Assembly: GCA_030390025.1 (NCBI GenBank)
Contig: CM059432.1
Coordinates: 38,504,001-38,568,000 of the forward strand
Source: Squalus acanthias
Lineage: Eukaryota
Direction of reading: 5' to 3'
Length of the DNA: 64,000 nucleotides
Part shown: positions 50,933-62,105 of the stretch, piece by piece
Layout of the letters: each line of letters starts with the position of its first letter
How positions within the stretch are numbered: the first letter of the stretch is position 1
Program-made: the position numbers and the translations under genes
Notes under the pieces: model-generated
The model's input: the letters and a program-made list of their open reading frames with translations, nothing else
What the model was told of the DNA's origin: nothing
The model's database searches: none

Positions 50933-53900
50933 TTAGGAGGCTGGGATGCTCCCTCCATTTCGTAGCCACTGGACGAGAGAGAGCCGCACCCGTTTGGGTT
51001 CTCGTAGCGGTAGAGGGCCCCTAGCCCGTTGACCCGCCGCGGGCCGTGGACCAGAGTCCGAGCGATCCAGCCCGCTCTGTGAGGGGTCAGGACGATCCTG
51101 ACTGTGTACTGGTGCCCGAACGGGTGTCGGGCAGGGCTGTGGCAGATCCGTTTCCGAGCGTACGGTACAGGGTGGATCGTGGCTGCGCGTGCGAGCCCCG
51201 ACGGGCTCATAGTCAGTCTGCCCCAGGTCGGCACGCTGGAGTGAGGTACCAGCCGGCGTCAGATCCAGATCGTGATGAGAGGCACCTGGCGAGCCCAGAG
51301 ATGTGCCTGGTACAATATCATCCCCTGGTGTCCCTCTATGTTTCGGCGGGCAGGGAGCCAGATCCCTCAATGACACGGTAGATTCCCGACCATCAGGATA
51401 CCGAATATAGGCGTAGGTAGGGTTGACGTCAGTGAGCTCAACCTCATCTACCAGGGGGTCATTCTTAGACGCCCGGACATATCTTCGGAGTAGCACTGGT
51501 CCCGGTGCAGTCAGCCACGACGGGAGAGATATCCCATAGGATGAGCGACGCTGAAATCGGAAGAACCGTTCATGAGGCGTCGTATTTGTGGCGGTCGAAA
51601 GGAGGGACCGTGTGGAGTGTAATGCGTCTGGAAGTACTGCTTCCCATTGCTGGTTGGGTAGGCCCCGAGATCTCAAAGCCAGACGTACCGCATTCCAAAT
51701 GATAGCGTTAAAACGCTCGACTTGCCCATTCCCGACCGGATGATAAGGCGTCGTTTTGCTGGCAGCAATACCCCGTTCCGAGAGATAGGCCTTGAGTTCT
51801 CCTGACATAAAAGAAGGGCCCCGATCCGAATGAACATAGGATGCCATGCCACAGAAAGCAAATACCTGCTCAAGGCAGCTGATAACCGTGGTCGTCAGCA
51901 TATTGGGGCAGGGAAAGGCAAACGGAAAACGGGAATACTCATCGACCATGGTCAATAGATAAGTGTTGCGAGTTGAAGAGGGCAACGGCCCCTTAAAATC
52001 GATGCTAAGCCGTTGCATTGGCTGGGTCGCATGTATGAGTATACCACCCGAGGGGCGGAAAAACCGAGGTTTCAATTCCGCACAGACTCTGCAGTCCGAG
52101 CACATCTTCTTTACATCCCCGGTAGAGAATGGGAGATTTCGGGACCGCACGAAGTGTAGCATGCGAGTAACGCCCGGATGACACAACCCATCATGGATGT
52201 CTATGAGCGTAGAGAGTGCCATGGCGGAGCAGAATGCTCGTGTGAGGGTATCCGGAGCCACATTCTCCTTGCCAGGTCGATAGTGGATGGTGTAACCAAA
52301 AGAGGCCAATTCCAGCCGCCAAAGCTGGATTTTATTATTTTTAATTTTGGTCCGTTTTCGATTATCGAGCATGAAGGCGACCGATCGCTGGTCCGTGATT
52401 AAGGTAAAGTGCTGGCGAGCTAGGAGATGACTCCACTTCCATACTGCCTCTATGATGGCTGTAGCTTCTTTCTCGACTGGAGGATAATGTAGCTCAGCCC
52501 CTTGAAAAGTCCTGGACAAAAATGCCACCGGACGACCTTCCTGATTCAGAGTGGCCGAGATCGCCACCTCCGAGGCATCACACTCAACAACAAAAGGAAG
52601 ACTCTCATCGATGGAGTGAAGAGCCGCTTTCTCCAACTGTTTTTTCAGGAGGTTAAAGGCTGCAACAGCCGCTGTGTCTGGTGGGAATGTGCTGGCCTTC
52701 AGTAGAGGTTGGATTCGGTCCGAGAAGTTAGGAATCCATTTAGCATAGTATGCAAACAGGCTGAGGGCCCGGCGCAAGGAGGCCGGATTCTTAGGTGGCG
52801 GGAGTTCTTGGAGTGGGCGAAGCCTTTCAGGGTCAGGTTTAATGATGCCATTGCCCACACAATAGCCAAGGATGTTGATGGTTGGTTGTGACTCAATGGA
52901 TTTAGCCGCATTTAATGTTAAATTACGGTGCTGGAGTGCATCCCAAAATCGTTGGAGATTGGCGTCATGTTCCCGCTGATTGCGACCTGCGACAGTAATA
53001 TTGTCCAGATAAGGAAACGTATCCTTCAAGTCTTCCTGTTTGACCAGGTCATCCATTGCTCGCTGGAAGACAGCCACTCCATTAGTGACCCCAAAGGGGA
53101 GGCGACGAAATTGATACAGCCGTCCATTGGCTTCAAAGGCCGTATACTGCTTGTCTGAGACCTTCAAGGGTACCTGATGATAGGCACTTTTCAGATCATA
53201 TGTTGAGAACACCGTGTACTCAGCCAATTTATTAACCATATCATCGATGCGCGGCAATGGGTATGCGTCCAAGTCCGTATATTGATTGATGGTCTGTGAA
53301 TAGTCAATGCACAGCCGTTTCTTGTGAGGTTGTAGAGGGTTCTTAACAATAACGACCTGGGCGCGCCATGGCGACGAACAAGGCTCGATGATATCCTCTG
53401 CTAAAAGCCGAGAAATCTCAGCCGCAATAAAAGACTGGTCTTCCTGACTGAAACGTCGTGACTTTGTTATAATCGGTTTGCATCGAGGAGGGATACTGGT
53501 AAACAGTGAGGGTTCATCCAGTGAAGCTGCTGACAATGCACAGAACGGTAATCGAGGTCGTATATTAGAAATAGTGAGTTCAGGTTTGGATCCGCCGAAC
53601 TCAATGGTGAGCTTCTTATGCTGCTTTTGAAAATCCAGCCCTAAGATAAGATCACTACATAAGTCCTTGAGCACCGAAAGCCGGGTGGAGGGATACCTGT
53701 GACCATTAAGTGTTATTTCAACCATACAAAAGCCAGAAATTCTGGTATTAAGTGATGACTGAGCCATCGCAACTGCCTGGTCCGATGGGAAAACATGTAG
53801 CTTTAACTCTGCAACAATCTGTTCCCTAATGAAACTATCAGTGCTACCTGAGTCAATTAAGGCATCTAAAGTATGTCCATTAATTGATGCTTTTGTAGCT

Positions 53901-53970
53901 GCATGGAATAGGTTCTGAGGACAAGCAGCTGTAATTGGTGTCGTTGCACAAAGAGTGGCTGAAACTCTAG
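50933..53970 (-). CDS. Gypsy pol: protease, RT, RNase H, integrase
   Basis: Open frame with ALIDSGS (upstream of the ORF-track Met), LPFGV..YLDN, CDAS..EKEA..TDQ, HHCC, and the SIDF..HSDRG..VERFN DDE; no chromodomain seen. Confidence 0.93.
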
Positions 53971-54865
53971 GGGGTAAAAATTAGGTCGCGCCCCATTTGG
54001 GGCGCAAATATCGTCTGGACGCAAATATTAGCGCCTGGCGCTAATTATCGGCACTGACTGGAAACTTCACTTTTACCGCCCCGGGAGGTGAGTGGAGCGC
54101 TAAATCAGGCGCTGCACACCTGTCTTAAGGCGCAAAGGCCAAGGAGTGAGGCGCTACCTCAGAGTGCTGGCGAAGCTCATGTAATGTCAGTCAGCAATGG
54201 AACACACACACAATGGCACGGGCCAGTTCTTAAAGGGGATGGTTAATCTTGCTTTCCATCCACATCCTGTTCATTGCAGCCTTGAATCTCGGCCTGGAGA
54301 GACTTGCACATCAAATGTGCTGGAAAGAACAATGGAGAGTACCAGGCAAAGAGCTCAGAGTGCAACTCCCACAGTCTCTGCTAAATCGATACAAGGAATG
54401 GCAAATCAAAATGAACTTGCAAAGTGCTGCTCAGTACCCAAAACTCCTTCACACAACGTTGAATCTCTCCAGAAGTCTCTCCCTCTCTCTCTCAGAATGC
54501 GTAGTTCAAAAATGCCACCAACAATAAAAGACAGGAAGAGGCCCCCTTTAAATAGCGCCCCCCCCCCAGCCCCACAGCGATTGATAGCGTTCCAGTCTTC
54601 TGGTCGTTGGATGCGCCAGGCGGTAAAGCAGGGGGCGGCACTCAATTTCCGCTCCGGGGCGTCCCAAGGGCGTTGCACCATGGAATGACGTCATAATCTG
54701 TGCGCGCAGGTGGTCGCAGCGGTAAGTTTTAGCGCCGCCGCACAATCTCAAGTTAAGTTCTCGAGCGGCGCAAACATCGCTGCGCCCGGGCGTTAGCGGC
54801 TTTGCGCCCCATTAGCGCCCTCTTAAGGCGCTAACGGGAGGCGCAACCAAGTGAATTTTTACCCC
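53971..54865 (+). mobile_element. Harbinger-type MITE, ~890-bp family (copy 2), inserted between gag and protease
   Basis: TIR GGGGTAAAAATT / AATTTTTACCCC, TAG TSD. Confidence 0.92.
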
Positions 54866-56669
54866 TAGGTGTGTTTCTTCGAGAGGAAGCACGATAGATT
54901 TTAGCCGGAACATCTTGATAGGCCCTTACCGGGGCAGTTCGGTAGGACTTAGCTTGATAAGCCCTCGTAGAGGCTCTTGATAGGCAAACCTTTGCAAAAT
55001 GACCCTTTTTGTTGCAATGACTGCAAAACGCATTGCGAGCAGGGCAGAATTTCCGAGGGTGGAACTCATCACCACAAAAGAAGCATTTCTTTGATTGCCA
55101 AGAGGCTGCCACAGTGGGGTCATCATCCTCTTCATCAGTGAAGTCATCAGATTGATCGTCAGGGATAAAGACCTCCCTAATAGAGTTCACCTGTGGCCTC
55201 TTAAATTGCCTGACTGTAGTTAAGGCAGTAGACCGAGGTCTGGGCACTGTATAAAGGTCTGCATTTCTTTTTGCCAGATCTAGAGAGCAACCCATGTCAT
55301 AAGCTCTCTGAAGCTCAAGGGGTAAAAATTCACTTGGTTGCGCCTCCCGTTAGCGCCTTAAGAGGGCGCTAATGGGGCGCAAAGCCGCTAACGCCCGGGC
55401 GCAGCGATGTTTGCGCCGCTCGAGAACTTAACTTGAGATTGTGCGGCGGCGCTAAAACTTACCGCTGCGACCACCTGCGCGCGCAGATTGTGACGTCATT
55501 CCATGGTGCAACGCCCTTGTGGCGCCCAGTAGCGGAAATTGAGTGGCGCCCCCTGCCTTACCGCCTGGCGCTTCCAACGACCAGAAGACTGGAACGCTAT
55601 CAATCGCTGTGGGGCTGGGGGGGGCGCTATTTAAAGGGGGCCTCTTCCTGTCTTTTATTGTTGGTGGCATTTTTGAACTACGCATTCTGAGAGAGAGAGG
55701 GAGAGACTTCTGGAGAGATTCAACGTTGTGTGAAGGAGTTTTGGGTACTGAGCAGCACTTTGCAGGTTCATTTTGATTTGCCATTCCTTGTATCGATTTA
55801 GCAGAGACTGTGGGAGCTGCACTCTGAGCTCTTTGCCTGGTACGCTCCATTGTTCTTTCCAGCACATTTGATGTGCAAGTCTCTCCAGGCCGAGATTCAA
55901 GGCAGCAATGAATAGGATGTGGATGGAAAGCAAGATTAACCATCCCCTTTAAGAACTGGCCCGTGCCATTGTGTGTGTGTTCCATTGCTGACTGACATTA
56001 CATGAGCTTCGCCAGCGCTCCGAGTTAGCGCCTCACTGCTCGGCCTTTGCGCCTTAAGAGAGGTGTGCAGCGCCTGCTTTAGCGCTCCACTCACCTCCCG
56101 GGGCGGTAAAAGTGAAGTTTCCTGTCAGTACCGATAATTAGCGCCAGGCGCTAATATTTGCGTCCGGACGATATTTGCGCCCCAAATGGGGCGCGACCTA
56201 ATTTCTACCCCCAAGTGTCTTACTTTCCAGTAGACGCTGGCGTATAAATGGGGAGGCAAGCCCGCAGATGAAAGCATCACGGATCATTTCTTCACTGTAC
56301 AGCTCAGCTGAGGCCGCCTGAAAGTTACAGTCCATACTAAGTCTGCGAAGCTCTTGGAGGAATTTATCAATGGATTCCTCCGGCCCTTGTTGGGCTGTAG
56401 CTAGTAGATCTGGCATAGACCTCATTCGGTGTCTTAGTATATAGTCTCTTAAGCGTCCGAATTGCCTCCTCGTAACTGCCCCATTCCTCCACATACTGAA
56501 ATACATTCGGGGTGACACAGTTGATGAGTATCCGTAACTTTGAGTCATCATCAGCCTTACAATATTCAAGAAAATTGTCAAACGTGCGATACCAGTGTTT
56601 CCACACCTTACCGGCTGCTGGGGTGTTTGGGTCCAAGTCAAGACGCGATGGTTTAAGGATGTTTTCCAT
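54866..56669 (-). pseudogene. Gypsy gag with two CCHC knuckles, split by a MITE and one frameshift
   Basis: MENILKPSRLDLDP..WKHW..; IRDAFICGL..IRQRLLE; CFFCGDEFHPRKFC and CSHCNKKGHFAKVC; frameshift near 56410. Confidence 0.88.
55319..56211 (-). mobile_element. Harbinger-type MITE, ~890-bp family (copy 3), in gag, inverted relative to copy 2
   Basis: TIR GGGGTAAAAATT / AATTTCTACCCC, CAA TSD. Confidence 0.92.
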
Positions 56670-56735
56670 GATGGGTGATTCCCTGGATCCTTAGTTCTGA
56701 GTTCGTCCAAAAAGTTTGAGTGCGAAGTTTTCCAA

Positions 56736-56746
56736 AGTTGATTAAA
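56736..56746 (-). promoter_or_regulatory. Non-tRNA primer-binding site complementary to an LTR 11-mer (putative self-priming)
   Basis: Sense TTTAATCAACT 1 nt downstream of the 5' LTR; perfect reverse complement of the LTR 11-mer at 56791-56801; no TGG tRNA PBS. Confidence 0.7.
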
Positions 56747-56747
56747 T

Positions 56748-56941
56748 TGTCGTAAGAATGAGCCTTACGCGTGGTGAACTTAAAGTAAGCTTTAATCAAC
56801 TAAAAAGGTGCTACATACAAAAGAGGTCTTACTCTATGCCTCTCCAGGATCCAACTGATCAGTCCAGTATTTATCCTGGACTAATCACAGGAAGTGATGC
56901 AATAAAGTTTGAGTCACAGGAAGCTGTATTGTGTTACCACA
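56748..56941 (-). repeat. 5' LTR
   Basis: Direct repeat of 50721-50914; contains ATTAAA (sense) and an Inr-like TTAGTT. Confidence 0.97.
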
Positions 56942-58464
56942 CCCTCCATGGCCCCGCCCCTCCCTATCTCTGTAATCTCCTTCAGCCCCACAATCCTCCG
57001 AGACATCTGCGCTCCTCTAATTCTGGCCTCTTGCGCATCCCTGATTTTAATCAGTCCACCATTGGTGGCCGTGCCTTAGCTGCCTAGGCCCTAAGCTCTG
57101 GAATTCCTCCCTAAACCTCTCCGCCTCTCTACCTCTCAACCTCTCTTTCTTCCCTTAAGACATTCTTTAAAACCTACCTCTTTGATCATCTCCTTATGTG
57201 GCTCGGTGTCAAATTTTGTTTTATGACCCTCCTGTGAAGCACCTTGGGACGTTTTACTACATTAATACAAGTTGATGTTGTTATAGTGAGAGTATATCAC
57301 CCTGAGATTGCACAGTATGGCCACCAGTTTCCCAGTTGCCATTCTTACCCAGTAACTGAAATTTCTAATGCCCAAAATAAAGGTTTAATAAAACAAAATT
57401 TATATATTTATAAATTATATATTTCTAAAAAAAGATTGAATTAATCCATTGATTTATTTTTGAGTCTTTTAATGCCTTCATTAAAGGTTTTACTTAAAGG
57501 CCTCAACCTCTCCCAAAAGCCTGGACTTGGACTTGACGTAATGGCCTAGAAATTTGTTGGCATCACACCTGTTTTACAGGCGTAAAGCAGGTGCCTAAGC
57601 GTCCAATATGGCCGGCGGCACGTGCTCCCACCACACGCAAGAAGTGCACCACACGCCTTATTAGATTGAGCTTCTGCTTAAGATTCCAGGAAATTTTCAA
57701 AATAGTAAATAAAATACTTAAATAAGGGTCCTACGCTTGTTGTAGGACCCTTTTGTGAAATTGGGCTACCCAAGCATCTGACTCGCCACAGGATAAACTC
57801 ACTCAGTAACAGGCAACAGGGACTCTTCAGCACTGATATTTAAAGGACTCATTCACATAGTGTGGGCCGCTGCCGGCCCAGCCTTGCCCTGCCCAGAAGT
57901 CAAGATCGACCCCTGTGAGAGAAGTGAAGAAAAGAATTATGACTAGAGAAGAAACAGAAAATAGAGAACTAGAAGCAGGAAAGGAGAGGCAGAGAAAAAC
58001 ACTACGCAAGGGCAAGAGAAACAAGGAAGAAAGTGACTATATTCCCTGACTTACAACTTATAATGCCATGGGTCATCAATTAGCAAACAAATATATACAT
58101 TGGTACAGCAACTTAAATAGAATAGTATCAAGAGACAGAGACTAGCCACCCAACTGACAGACTGGAGTGGCGTATCTTTCGTATTCATCAAATGTCTTTC
58201 AGTGAAGAATCAGATCGAAATTGTAATTAATGGAAGGTTATACCACAAGCACTATTCCAGTACCTGTACAGTATGATGAGTACCCGAGTCATACTCTGCA
58301 CAGCAACAACCTACATTTATGTAATGTTCCACATGCACAAAAGACATCGATATTTTATCAGATGATTGACAAAAAGTGTGGAGGAAGAGAAGGCAAAAGG
58401 GGTGGAGGTGAAAGCATTAACAAAGACAAAAGTCTTTAGGAGGTTTTTGGAAGCGGGGAAAGAG

Positions 58465-58860
58465 ATATGGTAGTGTAATGGTAATGTCGTGAACTCGCAA
58501 TCCAGAGGTTGTGAGTTTAAATCCCACCATGGCAAGCTGTGAAATTAAATTAAATAAATCTGGAAACCTCTGAGCTAGCACCAGAAAAAAATGACCAAGA
58601 AAGCTGCTAGGTTGTCATCAAAACTATTCACTAATGTCCTTCAGGGAAGGTAAGCTACCACCTGGACTGACCTACACCTGACTCTAGTCCAAATTGCATG
58701 GTTGATTCTTACTGCCCTCTGAAGAGGCTTAGCAGCTCTCTTGGTTTACAAAAACTCGCTAGCAGTTCACAAAGGCAGCCCAGCGCCAACATTCCATGGC
58801 AAGTTGGGATAGGCAATAAATATGGGCATGACATTGTCACCCACATCCTGAGAACAAAGA
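58465..58860 (+). mobile_element. Degraded tRNA-derived SINE (same family as 38275)
   Basis: TGGTAGTGTAATGG..GAGTTTAAATCCCACC..CACTAATGTCCTTCAGGGAAGG..GGCAATAAAT..CCCACATCC. Confidence 0.65.
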
Positions 58861-59934
58861 AATAAAAAAAGTTGGAAGATGGAGATGTTGAAGGAGGGAG
58901 TCCTAAAGGGTGGGGCATAATAGCCGAAGGATTTGTCACCAATGGTGGCATGAGGGAGCTGGGAACAAGGAATAAGCCAGTGTTGGAGGAGCAGAGTGTG
59001 CACGCAGAGATAGAAGGAGATCACTGATATATGGTATGGTGAAGCCCTCAAACAATTTGAGGACACGCGCAAGAAGCATTGAGGCACCGAAAGACAGTGG
59101 AGTTGGGTGCAAATGGTGGTTGATGGGTTTGCAGGCCTCTTGTATGGCTGAAGATGCAGCCTGTAGGTTCTGGAAAAGCTGTTGTTTGTGATTGTTGGAA
59201 AGGGAAAGACTGACAAAGACAGCATGATAGAAATCAAGTCTAAGGATTTCTACTCCCTTGTCGATTACAGTTTAATGTTGGAAAGGAATGGAGAGCATCG
59301 GTTCCTTCAAAACACTCAAATTTAAGTTTAAAAAGTTCCCAAGCCATCCAACGGCTTGACAGAGTTGTGCTGCAGCCAAAGTTTCCGAGAGTTGGTCTCA
59401 AACCTCTTGGTTTAATGTGTTCTTCAATCAGACGTAGACCAGACACTCAAGTTATGCACTGTTGCTTTTGCATTGATTGGCATCCAAAGCCACAATTCAA
59501 AAGGACGAGTATCTCACCATGAGATAAGCAACAATGGAGATACAATAGAATGTGACTGACAACAGGCAACTTGCTTGAAAAATGAGACTGTCTTCCTTAT
59601 TCTACCTAAAAATTAAATGCTAAGAAATAAGAAGTTTATCCATATTGGCATGCAATTAATCTGTTTAAAAAGTATTAAAATATTTTATTTTTTCCACCCT
59701 CAGGTAATGGTATGAATAAGACTAGCTTTATTAATTCAGTACATAATTAGGTGGCAGCTTTTGAAATATGAGGTGAGTGAAGCAGTGCTACCTGGAGTTA
59801 CTGATCTGAGTGGGGCACTTTGGAGAGGTGTCCAGCAGATGGAAGATGTTTCAAAAATGACAATAATTAAATATATAAATAAATAAATTCCTTTCAACTG
59901 GAGGAATCGTGCAGGTGAGGGGTATAAAAATCAT

Positions 59935-62105
59935 AACATAAGAATATAAGAAATAGGAGCAGGAGTAGGCCATTTGGCCCTTTGAGCCTGCCACCATTCA
60001 ATAAGATCATGGTTGATCTTCTACCTCATCTCCACTTTCCTGCACTATCCCCATATCCCTTGATTCCCTTAATATTCAAAAATCTATCGATCTCTGTCTT
60101 GAATATACTCAACGACTGAGCATCCACAGCCCTTTGGGGTAGAGAATTCCAAAGATTCACCACCCTCCGAGTGAAGAAATTTCTCCTCATCTCAGTCCTA
60201 AATGGCCGACCCCTTATTCTGAGACTGTGACCCCTGGTTCTAGACTTCCCAGCCAGGGGAAACATAACCCCTGCATCTACCCTTCAAACCCTATAAGAAT
60301 TTTGTATATTTCAATGAGATCATCTCTCATTCTTCTAAACTCTACAGAATAAAGGCCTAGTCTACTCAATCTCTCCTCATAGGACAATCCCCTCATCCCA
60401 GGAACCAGTCTGGTGAACATTCATTGCACTCCCTCTATGGCAAGTGTATCCTTCCCTAGGTAAGGAGACCAAAACTGTACACAATACTCCAGGTGTGGTC
60501 TCATCAGGGCCCTACATAATTGCAGTAAGACATCTTGGGGGAAAAACCCAAAGAGAGCGCTAACAGGGCGCAAAGCAACTAGCACCTGGGCGCGTTGCTG
60601 CCAACGCCTCCTGCGAAATTCAGCGGGAGATTAGCGGCGGCGGTAAAAGTTAGCGCCCCGCAGCTTGCGCCCCGGCTGCGATCTTTGGTAGCGCCCCCTG
60701 ACTTACCGCCGGACGCTATGTCCGACAGGGTCAAGGGGGCCTACCTTCGGCCGGGGCAGCGCAAATTAAAGGGGAGGTGCCGGGCAGCCATTTTTGTTGC
60801 TGGCCGCCTGCTAGCACCTGCCCCCGTTGCCGTCCCCGGCCTTCTGTGAAGCCCCCCCCCCGCGGGGTGCCGGCTGTGCTCCATGAGCCCGGCACTTCTC
60901 TTGAGTGCCAGGCTCTTTTGCCGGCACTCGAATCCCTGGTGTCCCAGCTGGGCCCCAGGTTGCGCTGCTCAAGGCCCCTCCCCTTTAATAAGGGGAGGAA
61001 GGCCTGCAGTACCACGGCGCGACGTGATATTCACTCGCAGCGCCCCAAGAGGGAGGCGGGACGCTTCCAGTAGCGCCCCGCCTCCCTCTTGGGGCGCTAC
61101 CAGTGAATTTTGCGGGGGGGGGGGGCGCTAATTTTATCGGGTAGTAGCGCCCCGGCGAAGTTAGCGCCCCATTGGGGGCGCGACCCAATATTTCCCCCCT
61201 TTACTCTTATACTCAAATCCTCTTGTAATAAAGGCCAACATACCATTTGCTTTCCTAATTGCTTGCTGTACCTGCATGGTAACTTTAAGTGATTCGTGTA
61301 CAAGGACACCCAGGTCCCTCTGAACACCAACATTTCCCAATCTCTCACCATTTAAAAAATATTCTGCTTTTCTATTTTTCCTACCAAAGTGGATAACTTC
61401 ACATTTCTCCACATTATATACCATTTGCCATCTTCTTGCCCACTCACTTAGCCTGTCTATATCCCCTTGAAGCCTCCTTGCATCCTCCTCACAACTTACA
61501 CTCCCACCCAGCTTTGTATCATCAGCAAACTTGGATATATTACATTTGGTCCCCTCATCCAAATCATTGATGTAGATTGTGAATAGCTGAGGCCCAAGCA
61601 CTGATCCTTGTGGTACCCCACTAGTTACAGCCTGCCAACCCGAAAATGACCCGTTTATTCCTACTCTCTGTTTTCTGTCCATTAACCAATCCTCAATCCA
61701 TGCTAGTATATTACCCCCCAATCCCATGAGCCCTAATTTTGTTTAATAACCTCTTGTGTGGTACCTTATCGAATGCCTTCTGAAAATCCAAATACCCCAC
61801 ATCCACTGGTTCCCCCTTATCTATTCTGCTAGTTACAACCTCAAAAAACGCTAACAGATTCGTCAAACACGATTTCCCTTTCATAAATCTGTGTTGACTC
61901 TGCCCAATCCTATTATGATTTTCTAAGTGCCCTGTTACCACGTCCTTAATAATAGATTCTAGCATTTTCCCTACTACTGATGTCAGGCTAACTGGTCTGT
62001 AGTTCCCCGTTTTCTCTCTCCCTCCTTTCTTAAATAGTGGGGTTACATTTGCCACCTTCCAATCCGCGGAAACCGTCCAGAATCTATGGAATTTTGGAAA
62101 ATGAC
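59935..62105 (-). mobile_element. CR1 LINE, 5'-truncated RT, split by a MITE
   Basis: ORFs 61711..62148, 61161..61727 and 60026..60265; 3'UTR and tail at ~59935-60000. Confidence 0.9.
60537..61198. mobile_element. GC-rich Harbinger-type MITE (662 bp)
   Basis: Ends GGGGGAAA / TTTCCCCC, CTT TSD; many TAGCGCCCC motifs; one end resembles the ~890-bp family terminus. Confidence 0.85.

Larger units (their letters stand above)
50721..56941 (-). mobile_element. Full-length Ty3/Gypsy LTR retrotransposon (Mag-like gag, PR-RT-RH-IN), young
   Basis: 194-bp TG..CA LTRs that differ at one base, CCCTC 5-bp TSD (50716-50720, 56942-56946), PPT, gag-pol. Confidence 0.97.
49862..57285 (+). mobile_element. L2 LINE (49862-50720 + 56947-57285) split by the Gypsy insertion
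   Basis: YADDTQLY and LHWLPVKQCLDFKILILVFKSL before the insertion; continues HGPAPPYL..LWN after the LTR, and ends in an L2 tail at ~57250-57285. Confidence 0.9.

Noticed and set aside
50704..51024. Duplicated ORF MSLTRGELKVSFNQ.. (also 56758)
   Set aside because: Antisense translation of the two LTRs.
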